The notes under the pieces are model-generated. The model worked only from the letters and a program-made list of their open reading frames with translations, ran no database searches and was not told where the DNA came from. A stretch of DNA of 58,051 nucleotides from an uncultured archaeon (lineage in GTDB: Archaea; Asgardarchaeota; Thorarchaeia; Thorarchaeales; Thorarchaeaceae), in contig CAYWJO010000018.1 of NCBI GenBank assembly GCA_964458565.1, positions 1 to 58,051 on the forward strand, read 5' to 3'. How positions within the stretch are numbered: the stretch's first letter is position 1; every line of letters starts with the position of its first letter. The position numbers and the translations under genes are program-made. Positions 19,992 through 29,476 of the stretch are shown here, in pieces.

Positions 19992-20714
19992 CTAGATCGT
20001 TCGTTCATAACTCATGATATTTTCAAGATCAATTAGAGATCCAATTTCCTTTGAGCTTTCATAGAGGTCTTTGTGGAAGAAAGAATAATGTCCAAAAATA
20101 TTCATCAACATATCCAAATCAATCTTCGAGTTGTATAGATGGGGGTATTTTGCTTTTATCCATGAAATAAGCCTACTATAGAAATCATATATAGATGATA
20201 GATTATCGTCCACAAGTTGACTGATATAATCGAATTCTAAGTCTGGATTCATGTCTTTTATCACTCTCTTCAAAGGTTCAAAGAAATCTTGACCTATTTT
20301 TGATTGAAGAGGTGCATCATATTGATCAATAAATGCAATCGAAGTTCGCCCATAGTATGTTGTATAATGGCGACCTTCAAGGATTTTGGCAACTTCCTTT
20401 AGATATCCATGTTCTACTAAGCTCTTAATATGAAAATGAAAGTTGGAAAGAGAACATCTCTCACCCGCAGAGCTATTGATGTAGGCTTTATGCAGTTCTT
20501 TGGCTGAAAATGCATGTCTGCGAGAGAGATTGTTTTCATTGCCAAATTCGTCCTCAATTCCGTCACGAATGAATTTGATGATAAACCATTTTACTTCTGA
20601 CTGACGTACTTGTCCGATATATGTGGACTCCTTTTCAGTAAAGAAATCTAGATTGTGCCAGTATTTGTAAAGCGTTTTCCTAACTTCATCCATTGTAGAT
20701 TTTTCGGACTTCAT
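19992..20714 (-). CDS. Winged-HTH transcriptional regulator
   Basis: FSAKEL...SLSNFHFHIKSLVEHGYL...YYGRT; first gene of a three-gene operon. Confidence 0.72.
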   Translation of the reverse strand: MKSEKSTMDEVRKTLYKYWHNLDFFTEKESTYIGQVRQSEVKWFIIKFIRDGIEDEFGNENNLSRRHAFSAKELHKAYINSSAGERCSLSNFHFHIKSLVEHGYLKEVAKILEGRHYTTYYGRTSIAFIDQYDAPLQSKIGQDFFEPLKRVIKDMNPDLEFDYISQLVDDNLSSIYDFYSRLISWIKAKYPHLYNSKIDLDMLMNIFGHYSFFHKDLYESSKEIGSLIDLENIMSYERTI

Positions 20715-20729
20715 GTATCATTCCCACCA

Positions 20730-20775
20730 TTTAGTCTTAACTGAACGGTACGATTTAGTATAGACTGAATCGTAC
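20730..20775. promoter_or_regulatory. Tandem palindromic operator upstream of the wHTH operon
   Basis: TTTAGT-N4-ACTGAA at 20730 and 20754; the second lies within GTACGATTTAGT-atag-ACTGAATCGTAC (one mismatch). Confidence 0.7.
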
Positions 20776-20851
20776 AATATTTCCATATATATGTATCTAT
20801 TGAGAATTTCTCAGAAAAATGAGATGCTAAGGTGGAGGAACGACAATAATT

Positions 20852-21337
20852 TTAAAAACGAGCTAGTAGCTCTGTGTATTCCAAGAGCGCGTGTGATGTG
20901 GAAGAACCAATATCGATACCAACACTCAACAACTGAAGACTAGTTGCGCTATCATACAATGGGATAGTTCGAATCTTAGGTTCAGAGTATGTTCTAGGAG
21001 ACATCTTTGAACTAGCTGTTGATTGTATTCTCATCCCTTCAATTCTTGATAAAGCGGTATTAAGAATCGGACCAATTATCCCCATCAATCTGTCAAATTG
21101 CTCTCCAGGTTGTAGAACAGATTCGAGAGCTGGTTTGAATTCTATAATAAGGTGATGAAGCTTAGAGTTTTCTGAGACATCATTTGTATCATGCTGTTGC
21201 AATAGCATTTCATATTGACGTGTAAAGGATTCTTCAAGATCCGATGCGTCTTCACTATAATACTCCTCAAAGAATTTACTCACGGTTTCAATGACTCGCC
21301 ACTTCAAGCGGTTTACATCAAGCTCAGTAATCTTCAA
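20852..21337 (-). pseudogene. Truncated or internally deleted second eutA-like copy
   Basis: N-terminal ~90 aa homologous to 21334-23385; similarity stops right after LSVGIDIGSSTSH. Confidence 0.75.
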
Positions 21338-23385
21338 TCAACCTCCAAATACTCCTTGTTCTCGTTAAAGACCAAACTTTTTACTGTAACAGGAAACGCT
21401 TGAGTCGATTTGAAGGGCGCACCAATGTCAATCCAGTCACCTGCTTCCAGTAACAATTCGTCTAGGCATAGGATATTGTTCTTTATTGAGGTTTCATCGC
21501 GTATAGCGAGTCCCAACATCTTAGCCATGTCATAAGCGAACAATAAGATAATCAGTTTCTTCTTGCTAACGGAATTTGGGAGTGCTTTTTCAAGTGCCTT
21601 TGCGAATTGATGTAACAAGTTATCGAAAGAATAAACTGTTGAGGACATTCGATCTTTGAAGTAAAGTGCAACTAAGTCCTCTCCTTCAATCATATCAAAA
21701 GTCTTGAAAGCTCTCTTGACTGCTTCGATTACTCTCTCATGAGAGAATTCATCTGCCCCTAGGTTGACAGGTAGAACCGGGATATTTCCAATTGGAAGTT
21801 CAATGCTTTCATCGAAGAATGTAGTGGACCCTGAAACAGAGAGAGAGAAGGCTCCAGCACCGATGACTGTGGCTCTAATCTTGTTCTCAGGTTCTACCAT
21901 TGGTAGATTGTATTCCTCCACCAAAGCCTTGAGTTCCTGAGCTATATAATTCCCGATGTCATCGTAATTTGCCTCACTCCCATAGAACATCTCTGCTACT
22001 CCACCAGAGAATGAGTACACATCTACTGGTATAGAAAAATCAAGATCCTCGGTCATCATCAGTTCCTTAGCAACAGTACTCTTTGCAGAACCCCTCATAA
22101 CTTCAACCAAAGCCTTAGCATATTCGCGAGCAATAGTTCGGACATCTTCTTCAGAAATGAAGTCGTCAATCTTGTAGCTCATGCCGAGTTCGTTCATCAG
22201 AAACTGGGTGGGCCCATCTATTCTCCAAATCTTGAAGTCTTTGTCAATCCCCAATAGTCGACCACCAACATTGATGCAGGATGTACTGAGGACCTGACCC
22301 CGTGACGCAATGGCTAAATTACTAGTACCTCCACCAAGGTCTACATGCAATACGGATTTCTGAGTCTTGAGGGATTGGTCTACGATACCACTTCCCATGG
22401 CTCCAAGAAGTGATTCAAGATTTGGTCCTGCGGCTGCACTGACGAACTTCCCTGATTCAGATGACAAGCGCCTCACAATTTCTTCAGCATTCTGTTTCTT
22501 CGCAGTCTCACCGGTCACCAATACTGCACCCGTTTCAACCATCTCAGGCATCATACCAGCTTTCTTGTACTCTTCTTTGCAGAACTCAACCACTGCCTCG
22601 ATATCGATATTATAGCGGTCAATCAGAGGTGTGAAGATTATGGAGCTCTCATAAATTACCTCACGGTTGACAAGATTGAAGCGATTCGTAATATTGAAGA
22701 AACTAGTCTCTCGCTTTAATGTGAGTCGTGAGAAGATGAGGTGCGATGTGGTCGATCCAATATCGATACCGACACTCAAGACCCTGAGATATTCGACATT
22801 ATCTGCTGGTAGATGACTCATCAAAAGTTCTACTGGTACAAATGGTTCGTCTTCTTCGGTTTCTTCAACTGGAAGTTCTTCGTGTTTCTTGGAGACGCTG
22901 ATTTTCACATCCTGCCCACAGTGAGTTGGTAGTTCTGCTTCGTCTTCTGAATTTAGGATTTGTTTTTTCACTTCATGTGAAACATCTATTTTCTCTCCGC
23001 ACACTGCACAATAGAAAGTGATGTCGATGGATGGGTCACTCCCAGGAACAATGGGTCCATCTCTCTTGGGAGAAGGCTTTTTCTTGCGTCGATGTGCCCC
23101 TTCCCAAGGAGCCTTGAACATCCACAAAACCATGGTCAACAGTTGATCAAATTCCTCACTTGGTTGCATGACAGAGGACAAGGCAGGTTTGAAGGAAGTG
23201 ATAAGCTGACGCATTCCGTCCACTTCCGAAGTGACTTCCGGATCATACTGCTGTAGCAATGATGAATACTGTACTTCAAATGAATCCCCTAGATTCACTG
23301 CATCTTCTCCAAAGTGTTTCTCAAAAAATCCTTTGACGACTCCAATGACATTATGCTTCATACTCTCAACATTGCTTTCGGTCAT
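21334..23385 (-). CDS. eutA: EutA-family reactivase (ASKHA ATPase) with N-terminal helical and Zn-ribbon-like extension
   Basis: SVGIDIGSTTSH, SSIIFTP, VTGETAKKQNA, FVSAAAGPNLESLL, DLGGGTSN, IRATVIGAG, GDWIDIGAP...PVTVKSLVF; CAVC...HCG. Confidence 0.88.
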   Translation of the reverse strand: MTESNVESMKHNVIGVVKGFFEKHFGEDAVNLGDSFEVQYSSLLQQYDPEVTSEVDGMRQLITSFKPALSSVMQPSEEFDQLLTMVLWMFKAPWEGAHRRKKKPSPKRDGPIVPGSDPSIDITFYCAVCGEKIDVSHEVKKQILNSEDEAELPTHCGQDVKISVSKKHEELPVEETEEDEPFVPVELLMSHLPADNVEYLRVLSVGIDIGSTTSHLIFSRLTLKRETSFFNITNRFNLVNREVIYESSIIFTPLIDRYNIDIEAVVEFCKEEYKKAGMMPEMVETGAVLVTGETAKKQNAEEIVRRLSSESGKFVSAAAGPNLESLLGAMGSGIVDQSLKTQKSVLHVDLGGGTSNLAIASRGQVLSTSCINVGGRLLGIDKDFKIWRIDGPTQFLMNELGMSYKIDDFISEEDVRTIAREYAKALVEVMRGSAKSTVAKELMMTEDLDFSIPVDVYSFSGGVAEMFYGSEANYDDIGNYIAQELKALVEEYNLPMVEPENKIRATVIGAGAFSLSVSGSTTFFDESIELPIGNIPVLPVNLGADEFSHERVIEAVKRAFKTFDMIEGEDLVALYFKDRMSSTVYSFDNLLHQFAKALEKALPNSVSKKKLIILLFAYDMAKMLGLAIRDETSIKNNILCLDELLLEAGDWIDIGAPFKSTQAFPVTVKSLVFNENKEYLEVD

Positions 23386-23435
23386 AGTTGATCATCCAAA
23401 TTGAAAGTTCTCAAAAGAAAGAGAAACTCGTCCAC

Positions 23436-23480
23436 ATATAAACAATATGTTTATATATTAATTAATACAATATTGTATTA
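23436..23480. promoter_or_regulatory. Two palindromes around a TATA box between divergent eutA and an HTH gene
   Basis: ATATAAACA-ata-TGTTTATAT (23436-23456) and perfect TAATACAATATTGTATTA (23463-23480). Confidence 0.6.
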
Positions 23481-23833
23481 TGCCCAAGAAGAGACGGACT
23501 CTAGCAGAACGTGCAAAATCGATCTTCAGGTTCATCGAACTACAAGAAGAACCATTTCCAAAATCAGAGCTACAAAGAATAGGTCTCAATCCAACTACAG
23601 CAGAGAGTTGGGTTCGTCTCATCGAGTATATACAGGGCCAACCTAGAATTAGAGTGACTCGAATTGGATCCTCGACCTACATCGAGAAACTTGAGAATCG
23701 ATATCTCAGTATGTTGAGGAAGCGGATACTTGATTCTAGTCTTTCTATGAAAGAGCGAGAAACAACTATGGATGATTATATTTCAGCTCTCATTACTCTT
23801 GAGAAAATTGAGATGGGTCGAATCAAGAAGTAG
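23480..23833 (+). CDS. Small HTH-like protein, probably leaderless
   Basis: FPKSELQRIGLNPTTAESWVRLIE; TTTATATA ~25-30 bp upstream of ATG. Confidence 0.65.
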   Translation: MPKKRRTLAERAKSIFRFIELQEEPFPKSELQRIGLNPTTAESWVRLIEYIQGQPRIRVTRIGSSTYIEKLENRYLSMLRKRILDSSLSMKERETTMDDYISALITLEKIEMGRIKK

Positions 23834-23887
23834 ATATATTTTGAGAATTTTTTTTTCCTTCAAAAGATTTCATCAATTCATGTTACT

Positions 23888-24301
23888 TCATCCGATCTTA
23901 TCTAATACTAGGATTTTTGGAAGTTTCAGTAGCTTTCCTAAGTTTCGACCCGTTGTTCCACCACTATAACGCAATCTTCTCTTACCGAATCGGTTCGTCC
24001 CCGTCATCATCTTCACGGTTGAATACTCCCCGTTGGTGAAGTACATCAAGTCCTCTGGATCAGCTATAAGCTCCAAATCATACTCGACCAGTCTCCCCTT
24101 ATTGAGGGCGTAATTACCGCTATTAGCAACCAGGTTCACCCATATGATGACCTCCTCCTCCACATGCAAGCCAATGTTTATCCTTGCTTGGAACTCATCA
24201 AGAGTCTTTGAGTTCTTGTGATTCTTCCGCTTATCAGTAATAACGTCTTCAATCACAGCCTTGAAAGTTTGGAACAAGGTCTCTTGTGCTGCTACATCCA
24301 A
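23888..24301 (-). CDS. SCP2-like (sterol carrier fold) protein
   Basis: YDLELIADPEDLMYFTNG...LRYSG...LLKL pattern; cotranscribed with SCP2. Confidence 0.55.
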   Translation of the reverse strand: MDVAAQETLFQTFKAVIEDVITDKRKNHKNSKTLDEFQARINIGLHVEEEVIIWVNLVANSGNYALNKGRLVEYDLELIADPEDLMYFTNGEYSTVKMMTGTNRFGKRRLRYSGGTTGRNLGKLLKLPKILVLDKIG

Positions 24302-24321
24302 TATGCTTCACTCCACTACGT

Positions 24322-24780
24322 TCAATACAATTCCGTATCAACTAAGGTTGCAGTACGTACTAACTCTTTAGCTGCATCTGTGGCTTTGAGAACTTTTGCC
24401 ATGTTACCCACAATTTTTGCTTTCCCACTAAGAAGCCCGCGGACAGGATCCAGATCGCCCTTCAATATTTGTAACCAAGTTTCATAATTAGCCTCGTAGG
24501 TGTATTCTACTGCAATTTTATCAGCGTTACTTGCTTTCTCATCAGGTCCTACAACCTCGAATTCGTCTTCACTTAAAATGGGCTTTACACCTGTACACTT
24601 CCCATGAGTTAGTCCAATGAAAGCCATCACATCGTGGTCTAAATTTCCGCTAGCTCTCACGATGAAAATAAAGTCCCCAGTCCACCAAGAGGCAGCTTTA
24701 GCATACGCTTCGTTACCATTTAGTGCAACCTTGTACAATTCTAACCATTCTTCTGACATGAATTTTGGCATCGTAAACAT
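24322..24780 (-). CDS. SCP2 sterol/lipid-binding protein
   Basis: FMSEEW...YAKAASWWTGDF; TWLQILKGDLDPVRGLLSGKAKIVGNM; start ATG 24780 or 24771. Confidence 0.85.
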   Translation of the reverse strand: MFTMPKFMSEEWLELYKVALNGNEAYAKAASWWTGDFIFIVRASGNLDHDVMAFIGLTHGKCTGVKPILSEDEFEVVGPDEKASNADKIAVEYTYEANYETWLQILKGDLDPVRGLLSGKAKIVGNMAKVLKATDAAKELVRTATLVDTELY

Positions 24781-24842
24781 TCCTTGTATTTGCGTTTGGG
24801 TCATTAATGCTGTGTTATGCAAACCAGTTGATAAATAGTGCT

Positions 24843-25124
24843 TCAACCACCTGTAACTAATGGAAAGAGGGATATTTCATCTCCCTCGTTCACCTGAGTC
24901 TCCAGTCCTCCAAGAAACTTAATCTCCCTACCGTTACATAAAATGGTGATGTCAGATTTAATTTCTTGATTTTCATCAAGTAGGACATCTTTCATCTTCG
25001 AGTCAAGAAATAATTCTTCTAAGAGATCGGAGATAGTTGCACCATCTATTAAATCCAATTCGACGATCACCTTCCGACCAACGAGGTTACGAAGATATGA
25101 GTAAAATCTCACTTCTACCTTCAA
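24843..25124 (-). CDS. MoaD/SAMP ubiquitin-like sulfur carrier
   Basis: Beta-grasp pattern, NGREI, GDEISLFPLVTGG C-terminal diglycine; divergent from AOR. Confidence 0.9.
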   Translation of the reverse strand: MKVEVRFYSYLRNLVGRKVIVELDLIDGATISDLLEELFLDSKMKDVLLDENQEIKSDITILCNGREIKFLGGLETQVNEGDEISLFPLVTGG

Positions 25125-25207
25125 GCAAGGTCCTTCCAGACTCTGAAATACATCAAGCTTATAAAAGCGTGTAGAACTGTTTTCTGATTAACTGGGGTCA
25201 TTACATC

Positions 25208-28200
25208 ATGTATGGGTATATGGGCAAAATCCTGCGAGCCAATTTAACAACATTGACTATTACGGAGGAATTTCCTGATGATGAAACCTTGAGGAAGTAC
25301 CTTGGGGGTGCGGGATTAGCGACTAAGATCCTTTTTGATGAAACCGAGCCAGGTATAGATCCTCTCGGACCTGATAATAAGCTCATTTTCATGACAGGTC
25401 CGTTAACAGGTACAAGTTCCCCAAGCACCGGACGTTATAGTGTAGTAACCAAGGCTCCACTCACCAATGGCTGGGGTCAAGCTAATTCAGCAGGCTTTTG
25501 GGGTAGGGATTTCAAGCGCTCAGGATTCGACGGTGTGATTTTCGAGGGGAAGGCACCAAAGCCTGTTTACCTCCTTACAGAAGATGGAAGAGCTGAATTA
25601 CGGGATGCAGGAGAAATATGGGGAAAGAACACCTCTGAAACTACTAAACTCCTGAGGGACAAGCATGGATCTAAATTCAATGTCGCTTGTATTGGTATTG
25701 CAGGTGAAAATCTCGTTAAGTATGCTGCCATTATGAATGATTGCGATGAAGAACACTGGGGCAGGGCAGCTGGTCGATGTGGTGTCGGTGCAGTTATGGG
25801 CTCAAAAAACCTCAAAGCAATTGTATCAAAAGGAACCATGACCATACCTATTGCTAATCCCGATGCATATAGAGAAGAGGCAAAACAAAGGTTCGATTGG
25901 GTGAACCAGAGCATCCTGAAGATGACCCTCGAGGTTTACGGAACAGCAACGATGGTTGACCTAGTAGGTGTCAAGGGTGGAATCCCAACGAGGAACTGGC
26001 AGACTGGCGTCTTCGAGAACACGGAGAGCATCAACGGACAAGCAATAAATGATAGCATCTTGGTGAAACGAAAGCCTTGTTTCGCCTGCCCCATCCATTG
26101 TGGGAGAATCTCTGAAATAAAGAATGGTCCATTCAAGAGCAAGGGAGAAGGTCCTGAATACGAAACCCTGAGTTCATTTGGGACTATGTGTGGAGTAGAC
26201 AATTTAGAAGCTATAACGTTGGCTCACTTCTTATGCAACGAATACGGGATTGATACAATTTCAGCAGGGAATACAGTAGGGTTTGCAATGGAGTGTTACC
26301 AGAGAGGTATTTTGAAAGACAAGGATGTCGACGGAATGGACTTCTCTTGGGGAAATGCGCAATTAATAGTCGACATTGTTCACAAGATTGGGAACCGTGA
26401 AGGAATAGGGGATTTACTAGCTGAAGGTACAAAGAGGATAGCTGAAAAACTTGGTAACGGTTCAGAAAGATTCGCGATGCATGTCAAGGGTCTCGAACTT
26501 CCCGGTTACGATAGTCGGGCAGCAAAGATAACAGGGTTGGCCTATGCAGTAGCTAATCGTGGTGGTGACCATATCACTGCATACATCGAAGGTCCTGCGT
26601 TCCTTGCCATGCCATTTATGATAGTCGATGATGCGGACATAGGAGATCCCTTGAAAGAAATCCCAGAAACGACATTGATAGTTAAAAACTTCGAAGATGC
26701 ATTTGGAATCTTTGATGCCATCGGAGGTTGTAAGTTCATGGGGATGGTACTTACCACAGAAGATTGGGCAGGTTTAATCTCATCATTGATGGGAATTGAA
26801 TATACGGCAGATGACTTTCGAAAAACTGGCGAGCGGATTTACAATCTTGAGCGCGCGTATATAATAAGAGAAGGGTTCACTCGAGCTGACGACACATTAC
26901 CACCAAGGTTACTTGAAGATCCAATGCCCGAAGGTCCCGCGGAAGGACATGTTGTAGACTTGGATATCCTCCTAGATGCCTACTACAAGTACCGTGGGTG
27001 GGATGAGCAAGGTAGACCAACCAAGGAGAAGCTCAGAGAGCTCGACCTAGAGTGGCTAATTGATATAGTTCACTCAGATGTGATAATGGGTAAGGAAGTT
27101 GTCAAAGAAAAAACGCAGCATGTTACTCCGAGCGTCAAAAAAACTACCACAATAATTGATTCACAAAAAGTGATCTCAGAGAGACCTTGGCTTGAGAGTT
27201 ATAAGATTGGCCCATTCAAACTGGAACACTCGATGGCACCCTATCCTGAGATGAATGTGTATAAATTTCTTGAAAATACAACAGAGGAATTTCCCGACAT
27301 CGTGGCATGTGAATATGCTGATGAGCAGATGACATACCCTGAACTGAAGCAGAAAGTGGATAAACTGGCATCCGCTTTCGTCGCACTCGGTGTGAAGAAA
27401 GGTGATACCATCGCGACTGTGCTTCCATCATGTCCAGAATTTGTGATTGCGGATTATGCAGCAATGAAGATTGGTGCCATTCATGTCCCCCTAAGCATAT
27501 TGCACAAGGCTGATGACCTGCAATACGAACTCAATGAGAGTAATGCAGAACTCGTCGTTTGCTCATATAGACGTATCGAACGTATCAACCAAGTGAAACC
27601 CAGGACAAATGTGAAGACTGTCATCTATGCGCCGACAAAGTTGTTTCCGGACTATAAGTACCCAAACATGGAAGATATCAAAGATGATAATTACTATCTC
27701 ATGGATGATTTAATTGAGAAATATGAACCACACACGGAGACTGTAGATATCAACCCGAGGGAAGACATTGCTCTTTTGCCATTCACTGGAGGCACGACAG
27801 GTCTTCCAAAAGGGACCATGTTGACCCACTATAACATAACATCAAATGTGAGACAAACAATCCATTGGATGATGGAGCCCCTGAAGGAAGGCATCATTGG
27901 CAAGAGCGCGGGGGTGATTTGCGTGCCAATCTTTCATGCATATGGTCACTGGGCTGTACATGCATGCATCTCGTGGGGAATCAAGATGTACCTAATGGAT
28001 CCACGTGATATATCGAAGATTGTTGATGTCATTAACAAACACCGTCCGTTCATGGTTTTTGGAGTTCCAACACATTACATGCTGTTCTCAAAGATGGACC
28101 TCATCAAGGGACAAATCTTCTACTTCTCCGGTGCAGCAGCACTTCCAGAAGACCTAGCAGAAGAGTTTGAAGAGAAGGCAGGTGTACCGATGGGAGAAGG

Positions 28201-28849
28201 ATATGGTGCAACAGAGACCTCTGGTGTTGCTACAATCAACATTTCAGCGCTGTCAAAGGTGACAGGGTTCATGGCTGAAACAAAGAGAGGCGTAGGAATT
28301 CCTATCCCTGATACGGAGATTATGATAGTGGACCCCGACTCAGGTGAGGTGTTGCCTATTGGTGAACATGGTGAGATTTGGGTCAGAGGTCCTCAGATTA
28401 TGAAGGGGTATTGGCCAACACCGGGGAGTGGACTAAAAGGAGAAGGCTGGTTGCCCATGGGAGATATCGTCGAAATTGACAATGATGGTTATTTCAAAGT
28501 TGTTGATCGGATAAAGGATATGATCAATGTTTCCGGTAACAAGGTATACAGTAGGGTAATTGATGATATACTTCATGAGCATGAAGCAGTCGATGTAGCT
28601 GGTGTAATTGGCATCCCCGATCCTGAGAGACCAGGGAGTGAGAGAGTGAAGGCGTTCATTCAGTTAAAGCCTGAGTATAAGGGGAAAGTCACAGAGCAGG
28701 AAATCGTCGATTTTCTGAAGGGAAAGGTGAAACCGTACGCGATTCCCAAATGGGTTGAGTTTCGAGATGAATTACCCATGACAATTGTGATGAAACTATT
28801 CAAGAAGAAACTTAGAGAAGAAGAACTTGCGAAAACAGGTGAAAAGTAG
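25208..28849 (+). CDS. Fusion of tungsten aldehyde:ferredoxin oxidoreductase and AMP-forming (long-chain) acyl-CoA ligase
   Basis: AOR: GAVMGSKNLKA, CFACPIHC, GPEYET, HVKGLE, YYKYRGWD. Ligase: FTGGTTGLPKG, EGYGATE, MGD, DRIKDMI, terminal Lys motif. One uninterrupted frame. Confidence 0.92.
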   Translation: MYGYMGKILRANLTTLTITEEFPDDETLRKYLGGAGLATKILFDETEPGIDPLGPDNKLIFMTGPLTGTSSPSTGRYSVVTKAPLTNGWGQANSAGFWGRDFKRSGFDGVIFEGKAPKPVYLLTEDGRAELRDAGEIWGKNTSETTKLLRDKHGSKFNVACIGIAGENLVKYAAIMNDCDEEHWGRAAGRCGVGAVMGSKNLKAIVSKGTMTIPIANPDAYREEAKQRFDWVNQSILKMTLEVYGTATMVDLVGVKGGIPTRNWQTGVFENTESINGQAINDSILVKRKPCFACPIHCGRISEIKNGPFKSKGEGPEYETLSSFGTMCGVDNLEAITLAHFLCNEYGIDTISAGNTVGFAMECYQRGILKDKDVDGMDFSWGNAQLIVDIVHKIGNREGIGDLLAEGTKRIAEKLGNGSERFAMHVKGLELPGYDSRAAKITGLAYAVANRGGDHITAYIEGPAFLAMPFMIVDDADIGDPLKEIPETTLIVKNFEDAFGIFDAIGGCKFMGMVLTTEDWAGLISSLMGIEYTADDFRKTGERIYNLERAYIIREGFTRADDTLPPRLLEDPMPEGPAEGHVVDLDILLDAYYKYRGWDEQGRPTKEKLRELDLEWLIDIVHSDVIMGKEVVKEKTQHVTPSVKKTTTIIDSQKVISERPWLESYKIGPFKLEHSMAPYPEMNVYKFLENTTEEFPDIVACEYADEQMTYPELKQKVDKLASAFVALGVKKGDTIATVLPSCPEFVIADYAAMKIGAIHVPLSILHKADDLQYELNESNAELVVCSYRRIERINQVKPRTNVKTVIYAPTKLFPDYKYPNMEDIKDDNYYLMDDLIEKYEPHTETVDINPREDIALLPFTGGTTGLPKGTMLTHYNITSNVRQTIHWMMEPLKEGIIGKSAGVICVPIFHAYGHWAVHACISWGIKMYLMDPRDISKIVDVINKHRPFMVFGVPTHYMLFSKMDLIKGQIFYFSGAAALPEDLAEEFEEKAGVPMGEGYGATETSGVATINISALSKVTGFMAETKRGVGIPIPDTEIMIVDPDSGEVLPIGEHGEIWVRGPQIMKGYWPTPGSGLKGEGWLPMGDIVEIDNDGYFKVVDRIKDMINVSGNKVYSRVIDDILHEHEAVDVAGVIGIPDPERPGSERVKAFIQLKPEYKGKVTEQEIVDFLKGKVKPYAIPKWVEFRDELPMTIVMKLFKKKLREEELAKTGEK

Positions 28850-28858
28850 GGGTGTTCA

Positions 28859-29320
28859 ATGACGAGTATGTTTGAGAAGATTCTCCCTGGACAAATAAAC
28901 AATGAGTATAATGGTTACAAGGTTTCTGAGATTGCGTTTCTTATCATTGCAATCATATCTGTAGCAAGGAGTTTACTTCACATCTTTCTTCCTGATGGAG
29001 GAGCTGAATCGATAGCAACAATTGATTTGAATATAGAAGGAGCAAATGTAATTGTTAGTATGTTTGCCCTGTGGGGGCTCTCACAGATACTAATGGCAAC
29101 ATTCTATCTTATTGTGTATTTTCGCTATAAGAGCCTGATACCTTTGATGTATATCTTCATTATCATGGAGTATGCTACCAGAATTGGAATAGGTCTATTG
29201 AAGCCAATAGAAACCATGGGGATAGCACCTGGAGCTATTGGCAATTTCATAATTGTTCCTCTTGCGGTGATTCTGTTCATCTTTGCCATAATAGAACCTC
29301 ATCGGGCTGCACATGTTTGA
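28859..29320 (+). CDS. 4-TM membrane protein of unknown function
   Basis: Hydrophobic helices; PDGGA and APGAIGN motifs; directly follows AOR fusion. Confidence 0.8.
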   Translation: MTSMFEKILPGQINNEYNGYKVSEIAFLIIAIISVARSLLHIFLPDGGAESIATIDLNIEGANVIVSMFALWGLSQILMATFYLIVYFRYKSLIPLMYIFIIMEYATRIGIGLLKPIETMGIAPGAIGNFIIVPLAVILFIFAIIEPHRAAHV

Positions 29321-29476
29321 ATCGTCTGGGATTCAAAAACAAAGTCAAAGAATAATACGTGTAGCTGTGGTTATTATTCAGGAGAGTGACTGTATATCGA
29401 ACGTGATTTGATAGACGCAAGACGGTTTTTATAATGGATTTTAATTTTCACTAGAATATACTTGGAGATATCATGC

